Assembly: GCA_004022145.1 (NCBI GenBank)
Contig: RCNU01000004.1
DNA length: 64,000 bases
Strand: one strand, 5' to 3'
Source of the DNA: Paecilomyces variotii
Taxonomy: Eukaryota
This document shows positions 37,044-48,852 of this stretch, one piece after another; positions within the stretch are counted from its first letter, which is position 1; every line of letters starts with the position of its first letter. The notes beneath the pieces were generated by a model that worked only from the letters and a program-made list of their open reading frames with translations, did not search any database and was not told the DNA's origin. The translations under genes and the position numbers were made by a program.

Positions 37044-39332
37044 ATGGCGGACAATTATCCCTCGCGAGAGGAAGATACACTGGAGGAGGATGAGGAGATC
37101 GATGAGACGGTATAATGACAGTCAAGGTGGCTAATACAGTTAAAGCATACTGACAATTCGTTTCACAGAGCTACAAATCCGTCAAGGATGCCGTCCTCTT
37201 TGCCATCGAAATCAATGAATCAATGCTGACTCCGCGTCCCTCTGAATCGAAGAAGGGTACAACGGCATCGCCTGCGACCGCCGCCTTGAAATGCGCCTAC
37301 CATCTAATGCAGCAGCGGATAATTTCCAACCCTCGAGATATGATTGGCGTGCTACTGTACGGAACGGAAGCATCCAAGTTCTACGATGAAGACGAGAACA
37401 GTCGGGGAGATCTTTCATACCCCCATTGCTATCTCTTCACGGACCTTGATGTCCCGGCGGCCGACGATGTCAAGGAGCTACGAGCATTGGCGGAGGACGA
37501 AGAGAAGGCGAAGGAGATACTGGTCCCCTCGAAGGAGCCTGCGTCAATGGCCAACGTCCTCTTCTGCGCAAACCAGATCTTCACGTCGAAGGCGGCCAAC
37601 TTCCTGTCGAGACGGTTGTTCATTGTCACCGACAACGACAACCCTCACGGCGACGACAAGACCTCCAGATCCGCCGCTACTGTCCGTGCAAAGGATCTGT
37701 ACGACCTGGGAGTGATAATTGAACTGTTCCCCATCGACAGACCTGACAAAGAGTTCGACCGGTCGAAATTCTATGACGTACGCGCATCATTTCTCTTCTA
37801 GCGAGGGTATTACTGACACGACACAGGACATCATATACAAGGCCTCGCCATCGGACCCAGAGGCTCCCGCTCCCTTCCTACAGGATGAGACTAAGACTGC
37901 GTCAGCCGGGGGAGATGGCATCACATTGCTGAATTCTCTGTTATCGTCAATCAACTCCAAATCCGTCCCGCGGCGAGCGCTGTTCTCCAACGTGCCATTG
38001 GAGTTTGGTCCTGGTTTCAGAATCTCCGTCACCGGGTATCTTATCTTCAAACGTCAAGAGCCCGCCAGGAGTTGCTACGTGTGGCTAGGAGGTGAGAAGC
38101 CTCAGATCGCCAAGGGCGTGACAACTTTGATCGCGGATGACACTGCACGAACAGTGGAAAAGTCAGAGATCCGAAAGGCGTACAAGTTCGGTGGCGAGCA
38201 GGTCTCGTTTACAACAGAAGAACAACAGGCGCTCCGTAACTTTGGCGACCCCGTGATCCGTATCATTGGCTTCAAGCCTCTGTCGGCTCTCCCTTTCTGG
38301 GCCAACATCAAACACCCTACATTCATCTATCCGTCTGAAGAAGATTATGTTGGGTCAACACGGGTTTTCTCAGCTCTCTACCAGAAACTCCTAAAGGATG
38401 GAAAAATGGCCTTAGTCTGGTTCATTCCCCGTCGAAACGCAGCTCCAGTCGTGGCAGCGATGATGCCAGGCCCAGAAAGGCTTGACGAAAACAATGTTCA
38501 GAAGATACCTCCTGGGATGTGGATCGTGCCTCTCCCCTTTGCAGACGACATCCGACAAAATCCGGAGACCCATCTGATTGTCTCTCCGGAGTCTTTGATT
38601 GACCAGATGCGCACCGTTGTTCAGCAGCTACAGCTTCCAAAAGCGCAGTATGATCCTCAGAAATACCCGAATCCAGGTGAGATTCTCTTTATTCGGTCTG
38701 TTCTCCTCAGCTGTATATTGATTCTTTCGCTTCTCAGCTTTGCAATGGCATTACCGTATCCTGCAGGCTCTCGCATTAGACGAGGACTTGCCAGAGAAGC
38801 CTGAAGACAAGACCATTCCGAGATACAGACAGATAGACAAGGTGAGTTATGCGTTTTCCTAGACCCTGTCCCATCACTGACACCATGTGTCTCAGCGAGC
38901 TGGCGAGTACGTAATCTCCTGGGGAGAAGAGCTCGAAGCCCAGTACCGGAAAATCGAAAGTCGTCAACCTAAGTCTACCACTCTGACCAAACGACCGGCG
39001 AAATCAGCTGCTGCTGAGGATGATGAAATAGCAAACGCCAAGGGCGCAGGTCGGCCGGCCAAGAAGATCAAAACAGAGAGCGACGGTCAACCGTCGGCTG
39101 ACGAAATGAGAAAAGCATACGAAAAGGGAACCATTTCCAAAGTAAGTCCCACACCAGCTACCTTCCTACGTTCATCGAGTATCAGAGATAACAAAAAAAC
39201 GGGACTAATCATTCAATCCTCCAGCTCACCATGCCTGTCCTCAAAGACTTCCTCGGCGCTCATAACCTTTCGACGACGGGTAAGAAAGCCGATCTAGTTG
39301 ACCGAGTCGAGGAGTTCTTTGAGCGGAAATAG
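37044..39332 (+). CDS. ku70: Ku70, NHEJ DNA end-binding subunit (vWA, beta-barrel, SAP), 6 exons
   Basis: [82 protein letters not shown], and a SAP-like C-terminus ending VEEFFERK. All five introns are GT-AG. Confidence 0.96.
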
Positions 39333-40438
39333 GTCTCTTTCCTTATTTTTTCTCGTACAGTAATTAGACAACGTAATTGATTGGCCTCCTAGAAGGAATT
39401 TGTGTCTAATGACGACGGTCGGTCATGAGGGAATTATACGGCGTTTGGAGCAAAGACTGACTTCTGGCTGGATTATCCCTTATCCACTTTGTGCGTATGT
39501 ATGTATGTACACTACTTAACTATGCCACACCCATTAAAAAGGCTACGAGATACATAGACAAACATTAGGAGGTAATATAATCTCTTTCTTTCTTTTACAA
39601 GGGGGTTTTCTTCAGTCAGTTATGAATATTTCTATTCTGTATAGCATGTTCTTCTGAAGATGTATCTTCTCCACTCATCTTCATTGCCTGGAAAAAAGCA
39701 CGACAAAAAAGTAAAAATAGCTAATCCATTCATTCCACAACACAGTGGAGGTAAGGGATGAGTGCCAAACTTCATCGAAAACAAAAAAAAAAAAAACAAG
39801 AAGAAAGAAAAAGAGAGAAAATGTATTCTCAGCGGGAGGGGGGGTATCTTCGCTCTAATATGTCAAGTCTATATTCGCTCTTCCTTCATGTGTAATTTCA
39901 CTTCGCGATCAATTTGAGCCTTTTTCCTCTTTTTTTTCACCCCAATCCCCCTTTTTCCGAATGGATATATAGAAGGTTTCTCAGGTGGAAACAATAATGA
40001 AAAGACGAGTCTTCCAGTCCGAAGAGAATATCCGAACGAATGAACAGTTTCGTTCAACTCATATCAAGGCAAACGCGCCTACACCAAGAGACACACACAA
40101 AATCCAACCACCCGATGAAATAAAGAGGGGGGGAGAGAGAGAGAGAGAAAAAACTAAACTCCGGTTTCTGACCCAGAAGAAAGAAAACAAGAATCGGGAG
40201 AGAAACATGCCAATTATAAGTGTGGAACGAACTCCTGAAACAGCCGTTGCTTTGGGGGGGAATAAATGAGGAATAGTCCCTTTTCACCAACGTGAAGATC
40301 CAGTCAAGTTGCATAATATCTGACTGGGGGAGGAAGACATGTAGAAATCAGAAAGAGGCGGAACGCTGGTAAGGAGGCAGAAAGAAAGCAGATGGAAGTT
40401 GAGGCTGGCAGGGAATTTCTTGGTCGAGGCCTTATTTT

Positions 40439-41516
40439 TCAGCACTGGCCATATACTTGGCAGTAGCAGACTTCCGAATCAGGACAACTGTTACAACGAT
40501 CGTTAGTTTGGTTCGGAACTGGGCAGAGAAAGTAAGTAGACGATGGGAACTTACTAGACGGCTTCTTTGCCAAAGATGACGTGCCACAAAAACTCCATGA
40601 CACGTCCGCTGGCCGCATCGGTCTTGTCTGTATCGATAACCCATTGTCGGATCTTGATGTAATCTTCCACCGGTCGCTGTAGGACCTGATCCCGCGACAC
40701 AGCAAATTGGGCGCAGCAGGCCGCTCCCACATTATCGGGAATCTCCAAGAACTTCTGCTTATTCCTGGACGCAGCAGCGATGGTTGGGTTGTCCGCAGGT
40801 GTCGAAATGGTCGTGTTTCTGGGCGGAGTGCTAGTTCCCTCGAAGATCTCCCTGAACACTTGTTCCGTGACGTGCGCATTCTTCCGATGCGACTTCACGC
40901 AGCCGGGATTCCAGTTACACCGGAGATTGACGTATCCGTTCCGCTGGACAAAGTCGAGCTGGAGAGATCTCATGGCGGCTACATTGTCGTGCAGTGGCGC
41001 ATCCACGTGCCACGCGAGGAAGAAACCCGAGCGGTGGGAGTGAAGGAAGACGATCGTCGATGGTAGATGGTCGTAGTTATCGATCAGGTAGGTTAGGTAG
41101 GCCATGGACTCATGACCTTTGTTCACCGGTGTCGTCAGGACGTGCTTGTCCTCGGACGACCGAGATGGGTTAACTGTGTAGATGGCGCGTTGCCAGCTTT
41201 GCGCCGATATGTTAGCGGATCAATGTTGACCAGAGAGGACTTTGGTCGTTCAATAATGGACATACTCTGGTAGTTCCTGCTCCACCCATTCGGTGTGTTC
41301 CTCTTCCAACTTGGCCATCACAATCACCTTGTCTCCCACACTGCCATGATTCGGCACTGGCACAGTATAGCCCGATCCATGCTGTTTCAGGAGTTCGGCT
41401 AGGTACGCGCCCGCGCTGTACTGATCATAGATATCCTGGAGATGGCGCTTGAGAGCGACAAAACAGACTGTTAAGAGAAACAAAAAACATAGTATAAACC
41501 GCCACCCGCATTTCAT
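40439..41516 (-). CDS. DUF3431 family protein with N-terminal anchor/signal, 3 exons
   Basis: NKGHESMAYLTYLIDNYDHLP, FLHSHR, WHVDAP, YVNLRC, CCAQFAVSR, GRVMEFLWHVIFG and terminal CYCQVYGQC. Confidence 0.85.
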
Positions 41517-43402
41517 GGTAAAGCTGGAGAATGTGATGGATTCACGGATCAGAAGGAAAGTAGGCTTCGAGACGAGCCTGAAGGACAGCGATGACGCGTT
41601 TGCCGTGCATCTACCCAGAGAGACCAGTTGTGTATCACAGCGGAAGGAGAGGTCGAATTGGGCGACTTGTAAAGGAGAGACGTCGAGACAATAATTGCTG
41701 GAAGGGGGGTACAGGGAGCGACGAACTGCAGATCCAGACTGAAAAGGAGAGACAGGTCCGAGCGAGGGACAGATTTGGAGGATAGTTGCTACTCAAGAAG
41801 GCAGCATCGCAGGCTTGTCAGAAGGGGCAGCGGGTCGACCAGAAGGGGCAAAACGAAGTGGACCGTGGAGAAGACCGACTGTTAGTTCAACGAACTCCAG
41901 CTTCGAGAAATTTTAAAAGGTAGAAGAAAGGTTGGCATCGACTCATTCCTGCCAGCGCTCATTGGCACACCCAGAGAGGATCGATCGCCACACGCACGCG
42001 GCCTGAGAGCAACGAGATGTAGAACCGCGGGGAACTCGATACCGGTACATGCTACAGCCCAGCACTCCAGCCTCTTCCACGACTATGCACCATCACTACT
42101 GTTAGAAACGAGGCGTTCTGATGGATGGCGAGCGGCTCCTCCACGGCGTCCAACGCCAAGGATCCGGGGCACGCTCTCTTACAACGGAATCTCAATCAGG
42201 CATGGTATAGGCGATCCGAAACCCTGAAAGGGCCCGTCTACCAAATGAGCAACACACAGACACACAGACATATCTTCTTCGACCGGGGGCCAATTCTACC
42301 AGGTATCTACACAGCCCTTGAAAGTAGTCCTGCAAGGCCAGCAATGCGGCGAAACCCCGACTCAGACGGACCAAGGATTATATCGGTTTGCACACGCGTC
42401 CCGTTGAGCGATGCGCCTCAGACGTCAGTACACACATGGAATATTTATATATGTACATACATCGAAAATTGCCATGGTCTATCACAAACACACTGCAGAA
42501 ATATCACAGACTTCAAACGCTAGATACATGTCTACACTTGGTACACGTCTGCACTTGCCTGTTACCGTGGAGAGAAGATGGTAATACCAATAATCGAGAG
42601 ATCGAAACTGACAGTGGCGGAATCGAGTTCCTCGGGACTCTCTGGTGGATCCATGGCCTGACGTTGAACACCCGCTAACTAGCGCTGATCAACGATGTGG
42701 AATGGTTGTATGGTATGTTCCAATTGAGTCGGATAACTTAAGTAGTAGCCTCACCAATGGAAAAACACCTCTACTTACACTACTTTGAGGCCAGTGCAGA
42801 GAGCATGGCTGTGCAGTCAGTGATCAACGGCATTCACAACGTAAGAATTTGGTGGTAAGTCACTTCTCAAGGCTGAGAATAGCAGGAAGGCCCCAACAGA
42901 TCTGTAGCAGAGATGAGTAACTAGAGCAAGAGAGTGAAGGATCGCAGGATGCGGGGATATATTTTCCACTCTGAAGTCCCCTTCCAATCTCTTCCTTTCT
43001 TCTTCAGCTTCAAAGTGCTGCCTGCTATAAACAACCACTTTATCAGAACAAGATATATAAGTACAACCCAATAATCCCCATACACAAACACCTTCACCTG
43101 TTCCCACACTTGGTAAATAATGTATTTCAATAGATCTGACTTCCTAAGCACCCTGTTGTCTTTAGTGGTCTCTTTGTGGGCGAAGGATTCCTATATCAAT
43201 CAATAGAATGTTGTGATATTCATATCTTAAGAAGACGTTTGCCCAATTTCACCACGACTACATGGAATATTTGAACAAGAATAGGCGGGGCTTGACGCCG
43301 CATGCCTTCAATGACATAAACCGCATGGTCCATGGAACATCGATATTGCTGATGATATGTGGTCGCTTGCGATTGAGTTTGCGCAGACTTTGATAACTAT
43401 TA

Positions 43403-44285
43403 TTGAGCCTAATGAGTTGCATGATAACTCCTAACGGAATGTGGAGGAAATCTTATTATCTGTTCTTCCATTTTTATAAACAGAAGATAATATCTGGGAC
43501 GCATGAGGCCTGTCGCTCATCCAGAAATATAATTTTCAATCGGTATCAAGGGCGAAAAGCGAGAAGGGCCTATGGGGGGCTTTGTGACTCGGAACCAAAA
43601 CGGACCTATTCGTTAACTGTCAAGACCCAAACGGCTCTTGTCCAGTCTACACAGATTCTGCGCGCGAATATTCCCACTGATCCCGAAGCCACGGCCAATA
43701 TCATTGCTGCCATTCTGTCTCAGTTCCATTACGATGCCAGGCGCCCCCTACGTGCATCCCAATGTCCTATCCTTTACGAATGGTACAAGAAAGGCAAAAC
43801 GAAGCTTCACGGCTGTTACAGATGGCCAGCTCCAAGACGTGTTAAACAAGCAGATTCTGGCTCTTGTTGAGTCCAAGCGTGAGGCAAGACAGAAGCACAA
43901 CCCCCAGGTAGAGATGCAAGAGACCGCGCAAATGGTCGCTTGGACTGGGTCAATTCGTTGCTGGATATCGATACGCGCGATACTTACTCATACCTTAGGG
44001 CCGCTATCAGAAAAACCAAATGAGTATGGTTTGCCGTGTTCAGCTTTATAAATGGGCCCTGCAGCCGCAGTCCAAACGGCTCTTGTGCAGTCGATACAGG
44101 TTCCACGCACACATATACCAATTGACTTCCTGGCCACGGCCGATGTCATTGCTACTTTTCCGTCTCAGTTCAGTATGGATGAAAAGAGCCCCTTCGTGCA
44201 TCCCTATGTGCTGTCCTTTCCGGACGGTAAACGAAGGGCAAACCGGGCCAAGTCGTTACCGGATACCGACTCTTTAGGCTGCTAA
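43403..44285 (+). pseudogene. Decayed coding relic of unknown family containing two diverged ~58-codon repeats
   Basis: Repeats 43627-43802 and 44072-44246 align codon by codon. Copy 1 has an extra C near 43748 (frameshift) and a TAA precedes copy 2. The outer boundaries are uncertain. Confidence 0.5.
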
Positions 44286-44631
44286 GAAGGAGAAAAAAAG
44301 GTATAGTTTGCCGTATTTAGCATCGGGTAGGTGATCCGCACTAGGACGAGGGCAGCTGGCATATTATTACTTATTTGGGGCGCCGCTATAAATCCTTCCT
44401 AAGTTGACAAAGGCACGATTTTTTATTATTTGGGATTGCGATCCAAGGGATCCGGCCGATAAAACGCCCCATTGTTTCTTTTTCTCCGCCCAGAAGCATT
44501 TCTACGAATATGCTAGGAGAAAAGCAGAGGATTTCTTCATTCTGGTATCAAACGGCTCTGTCCAAATACTTATTCTTCTCTGCAGATAAAGGTCTTTACG
44601 TATTGTGATCATGCCAACAGAGATCCACGAT

Positions 44632-44778
44632 GCCGACGAGAAGCTTAAGGCTATTGCGGAGCTCCCATTCCCAGCCAACCTCAAACAGCTGGAGCCTTAT
44701 CTTGGTCTCATGGGTTGGATGGGACGTTACTACTGCCCTGGATATGCCGCAATCGCAAAACCGTTGGAGAGTCGCAAG
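44632..44778 (+). mobile_element. Fragment of Ty3/gypsy-type reverse transcriptase (thumb/connection region)
   Basis: ADEKLKAIAELPFPANLKQLEPYLGLMGWMGRYYCPGYAAIAKPLESRK fits the pattern KxxAIxxxxxPxxxxxLxxxLGxxGxxxxxxxxYAxIAxPL that follows the RT palm. No LTRs, gag or integrase are visible. Confidence 0.7.
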
Positions 44779-45455
44779 ATCCCCGTTATATCCAGGGCAA
44801 ATAATTATTCAGATCTCTTGAGCCTGACATCTCACGGCTCTAAATTTCAACCAGAATCAAAATCTTGGCTTATCAGGCATCCTACAGATTAGACTCTCTG
44901 GTAAGCCGGTCCATATCCGAGCTTAGACGAGCCTACAAGTTCCTCCTATATATCTTTCGCAGTTATAGAGAACTCCTCGATTGGCCATTTGTCAAAGAGC
45001 ACTATTTAAGATAATCCTGAGTCTAGCTATTGTCAATGAGAACAAATATAGGGTGGTTGCAAATGCTTTCAAAAGAGTTTACGGGTGACAATCCCTAGAA
45101 TATCTTCTACTCGAAACTCATTCAGGTTGTATGAAGCTCCAAGCCATATTCTCCTGTCTAATAATTTTGCCATAGCAATGGATATCAATATTGAACTTGA
45201 ACCTGACCCAGATGAGATGAGCTAAAGATCCGATCCAAGCAGATTCCTCGTGTCATCGCGCACTTACTCTAGTTTAGTCCAGCGCGGAGGACTTTAACAA
45301 AATGATCATTAACCTCGGAGCCCTTTTTTCATCAGATCTTACTCTTTAAGCAGTCAAATTACTGCCCAAATTGTCTCGTAATCGTTCTATTTTCTCTGGA
45401 TCTTTGATTTTGGGGAAACCTCGTATATCTCCTCTTCTGAAGCACCTTGTCATTC

Positions 45456-45457
<2 letters not shown>

Positions 45458-45487
<30 letters not shown>
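45458..45487 (+). repeat. T30 homopolymer
   Basis: Seen directly; the longest homopolymer in the window. Confidence 0.9.
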
Positions 45488-45492
<5 letters not shown>

Positions 45493-45889
45493 CTACAATC
45501 TTGAGGTGGTTGGAAGGTGGTTGTTGAAAGCTTATTAGGACTGAAGTTGCAAAATTCATTTTGTCTGGTTAGAAAAGTTCTTGATGTCAATTTCGGGAGA
45601 CAGGAGAAAACAAAGATATAAACAGTGTGCGTATGTGTATGTATATGTGTATGTATCGGAATGGCATCCCTTAATCGTTAGGTTGAGCTAGGGAGCTGTC
45701 TATTGAAAGACCCACGCAACATATCTCCTTAGCTTTTCAGATCTCAGTACCTGAGTCCTGATTAATTACCAGTATATACAACCAGGCAGATATTATACAC
45801 GTTTATCCACACCGTTTTCTGGAAGGGGCAGCCCTTCAGCCCCCCTCCGTGAACCGCGTCAGATCGGGGTAATCTCAAGTGCATGAAAA

Positions 45890-47693
45890 TCACCACTCAT
45901 ACAGACCTGAGAGCCAATCCACAATGAACTGCAGTCGGTTTTCCCCTTCCGTGAGATAACTCGCTCCCCACGAGTTACCCAGCCACATAACCTGTTTCTT
46001 ATCGCTAGTCGAGGGCGGGAAGTAAGTCAAGTCACTGGACCCGTCGCCATTGGGGTTGCCCGTGCTGATGAAGTTAACCCAGTACTGTGCCATCTTTTTC
46101 TCAATTTCGTAGTCCTCCGTAGCCCAGGTGACGTTTGAATAGTCCGCGTAGGGGATATTGTTGAAGGTGTACCATAACTCGGAACCGTGATAGGCACCTT
46201 CGCCCTCATTCTCAGCAGGGGCATGAGTCCAGTAGTACACATATACATTTGACTTGGCACCTCCAGCGGCCCATTCGTTTCCCCAGATCCAGGTGGAGAC
46301 ACGCGAGAGATCCCGGAAAAAGGAATTCATCTGAGCAGAAGCGATACTGGAGCTATTGCCGGCCGGCCAAAGCTTGAAGAATTCGGACGAGCGATTCTGG
46401 AACATGATTCCGAAGTCGGTGATGTAGTCGGCTACCGTGGTTGATGTGTCTGGCGCCGCACCAGATTCGTCCTTGTTATTGCCCGTCATGATCGGGACGT
46501 CGAGATGCGCACCCAGACGCAGGGATTCGCCGTATGTGTATGGAAGCACGTATCCATCAATGACTGGCCGCCACAAAGGAGGATTCATAAAAGCAGAAGA
46601 CAGATTCTGGTAAACTGTGCCGTCGAAGGTAGTATCCATCTCCTGGCCATAGTTGATGAGAGTCTCGTAAGAGATCTTGCGCGCCTCGGCGATAGAAGAC
46701 ACATTGAGGCTGTTTTTGACGAAGTCCTCGCCCTGAGCCAGGGCAGCGGACATGTTGCGATGCGAAGTTGCCAGACCGCCAGTCATAGGATCCTTTGGAG
46801 CACGAGCACCCGACTCAGCAATAACACCGTGTACAAGACCCTTAGTCAGACTGCTGTACATAACGTCCAGGGCACTCGCAGAGCCAGCAGACTGACCACC
46901 AACAACGACCTGGCTAGAATTGCCGCCAAAGTTCTTGATGTTCTCTTGCACCCATCGCAGGGCCATCTGCTGGTCCAGAAGGCCGTAGTTGCCGGAACTG
47001 TTGTGACCGGATTCCGCGGACAATTCAGGGTGAGCCAGGTAGCCAAAGGCGCCGAGACGATAGTTCAAGGTTACAACAATAATGTCTTTGACTGCAAGTC
47101 CAGATCCATCGTAGGTCTTCACGTCGCCGGATCCACCTTCAAATCTTCCTCCGAATATCCAAACATACACCGGAAGGTTCTTCGAGGTGATGTCCGATAC
47201 ATCGTCGTAAGTCTAATAATCGCGAGTCAGTAACGTTCAGGACATAGATTTCATCCTTAGAACTCAGGTACGCCATCACTGCGTATATGATATGAACCTT
47301 CAAGAGTATCCCTGGAGTCTACACCCGAAACTTTCTATGAAGAGTAAAAAAGAAGCTCACCGGCGTCCAGATGTTCAATGTCAAACAGTCCTCACTTGTC
47401 GATGTCTTTCCTGACGAAAAGATACCAGCTGAGCTATATGGCTGCGCGCATTGAGGCCCGAATTCGGTCGCGTTGAAAGTGCCATTCCAGGGAGATGGTG
47501 GCTGAGGCTCTCTCCAACGGAGGTTCCCCACCGGAGGAGCGGCATAAGGAATACCTTTGTATACCGTAGCGCCTGAGCGAAAGTTGGAGATGGAACCACG
47601 AAGGGAACCCTGGGTCGTATTGATCGTGGGAAGCGTGACAGCATTCGTCGCTGCTACGACAGTCGCCGTAGTAAAGAGCGAATCGAGACGCAT
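45890..47693 (-). CDS. Secreted type-B carboxylesterase (COesterase family), 551 aa, 2 exons
   Basis: Signal peptide; YKGIPYAAPPVGNLRW, SEDCLTLNIWTP, NYRLGAFG, GNYGLLDQ; catalytic GQSAG, NKDE and AYHGSEL. Intron 47360-47213. Confidence 0.92.
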
Positions 47694-48852
47694 GATGGGC
47701 GTCCTACTAGAGAGTGAGCAAGATGCCTAATAAACGAATGCAGCAAAGGCGTTGTGGAAAGAGCGCGGCCATCAAGCGATTGAGACATGATATCCCCATC
47801 AATTTAAACAAATATCCTCAGGGATCCGCCACTATATCGCGTTCATGGCATTGATAACTTTGGCCGTTATTCCATCGTCACGACTTGCGTAAGTAGCGGG
47901 GCTCCCTCTTCCATGGACCATATTAGCGCTTGAGCACAGTGTTGAAATGAAGTCTAGGCAAAGTAAAGGGGTAGACGCGGAGTCATTATATTTAGATATA
48001 TTGGTATTTTCTCAGGAAAATCATGAAGAGTTTTGGATCAGGACATTAATAAGATTGGAAGGTCTCGGGAAATCATAAAGAGTAAAATACGCTAGGCTCG
48101 GTGGTCCCGCCAGCTTACGATGCGGTAGATCACATCGTACGATGGATCTGGTTCATACATCGTTCTTTATTGCTTAATCTGGCTGTGTTATTCTTGAATT
48201 CTATGGCTGCTTCTCATGTTTTGATTGTGCTGTGTATCCATCGATATTTGAATTGACAGGGGGTTTTGCGTTTACAGCACCTCAATGCACCTGATACTAC
48301 AGTATTTACGAGTGCCTTAACTTCCCAAGGTAAGTAATATAGCTGGAAAGGAATTTAGATGTTTAGTGATAGCAACGCTTCACTCAAAGTAAATCGAAGA
48401 AAATGATACTTGCAACCTCGAGCAGGGAACGTATAGATCACACAGCACGGTAATAATTGCAGCTCCTAGAAGCACAAAACCGTCATATGACGCTGTAAAT
48501 TATCTTCTCTTTCTGTTATTAGCCTAAAGGCATCCAAGGTCCTAAGCAATAGTCAATTTGCAGATCAATGCTTGGCCGCGCCACCGGGCAAGGAGTATAA
48601 GCTCAACAACCAACCAGAAGACAGGATATCAGAACGACACAGCCTACACACAACGCGGATACAGGTTGAATTGTAGATTGATGACGACGCGAATCATATC
48701 AAGATATATAAATATGGATGTAAATATCGAGGCCACATGTGGGAAATCAACGAGTTTCTTTAATCTCGTCATCGCCAGCTTCCGGCGTCCCCTATTCTAA
48801 GATTGGTGTGATACCCATCTGCTATCTTGTTATAAATTTCCCCGCAGCAGAT

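Noticed and set aside
37110..37168. Nested intron in ku70 intron 1 (internal CTAAT..CAG)
   Set aside because: Each half is about 30 nt, too short for spliceosomal introns.
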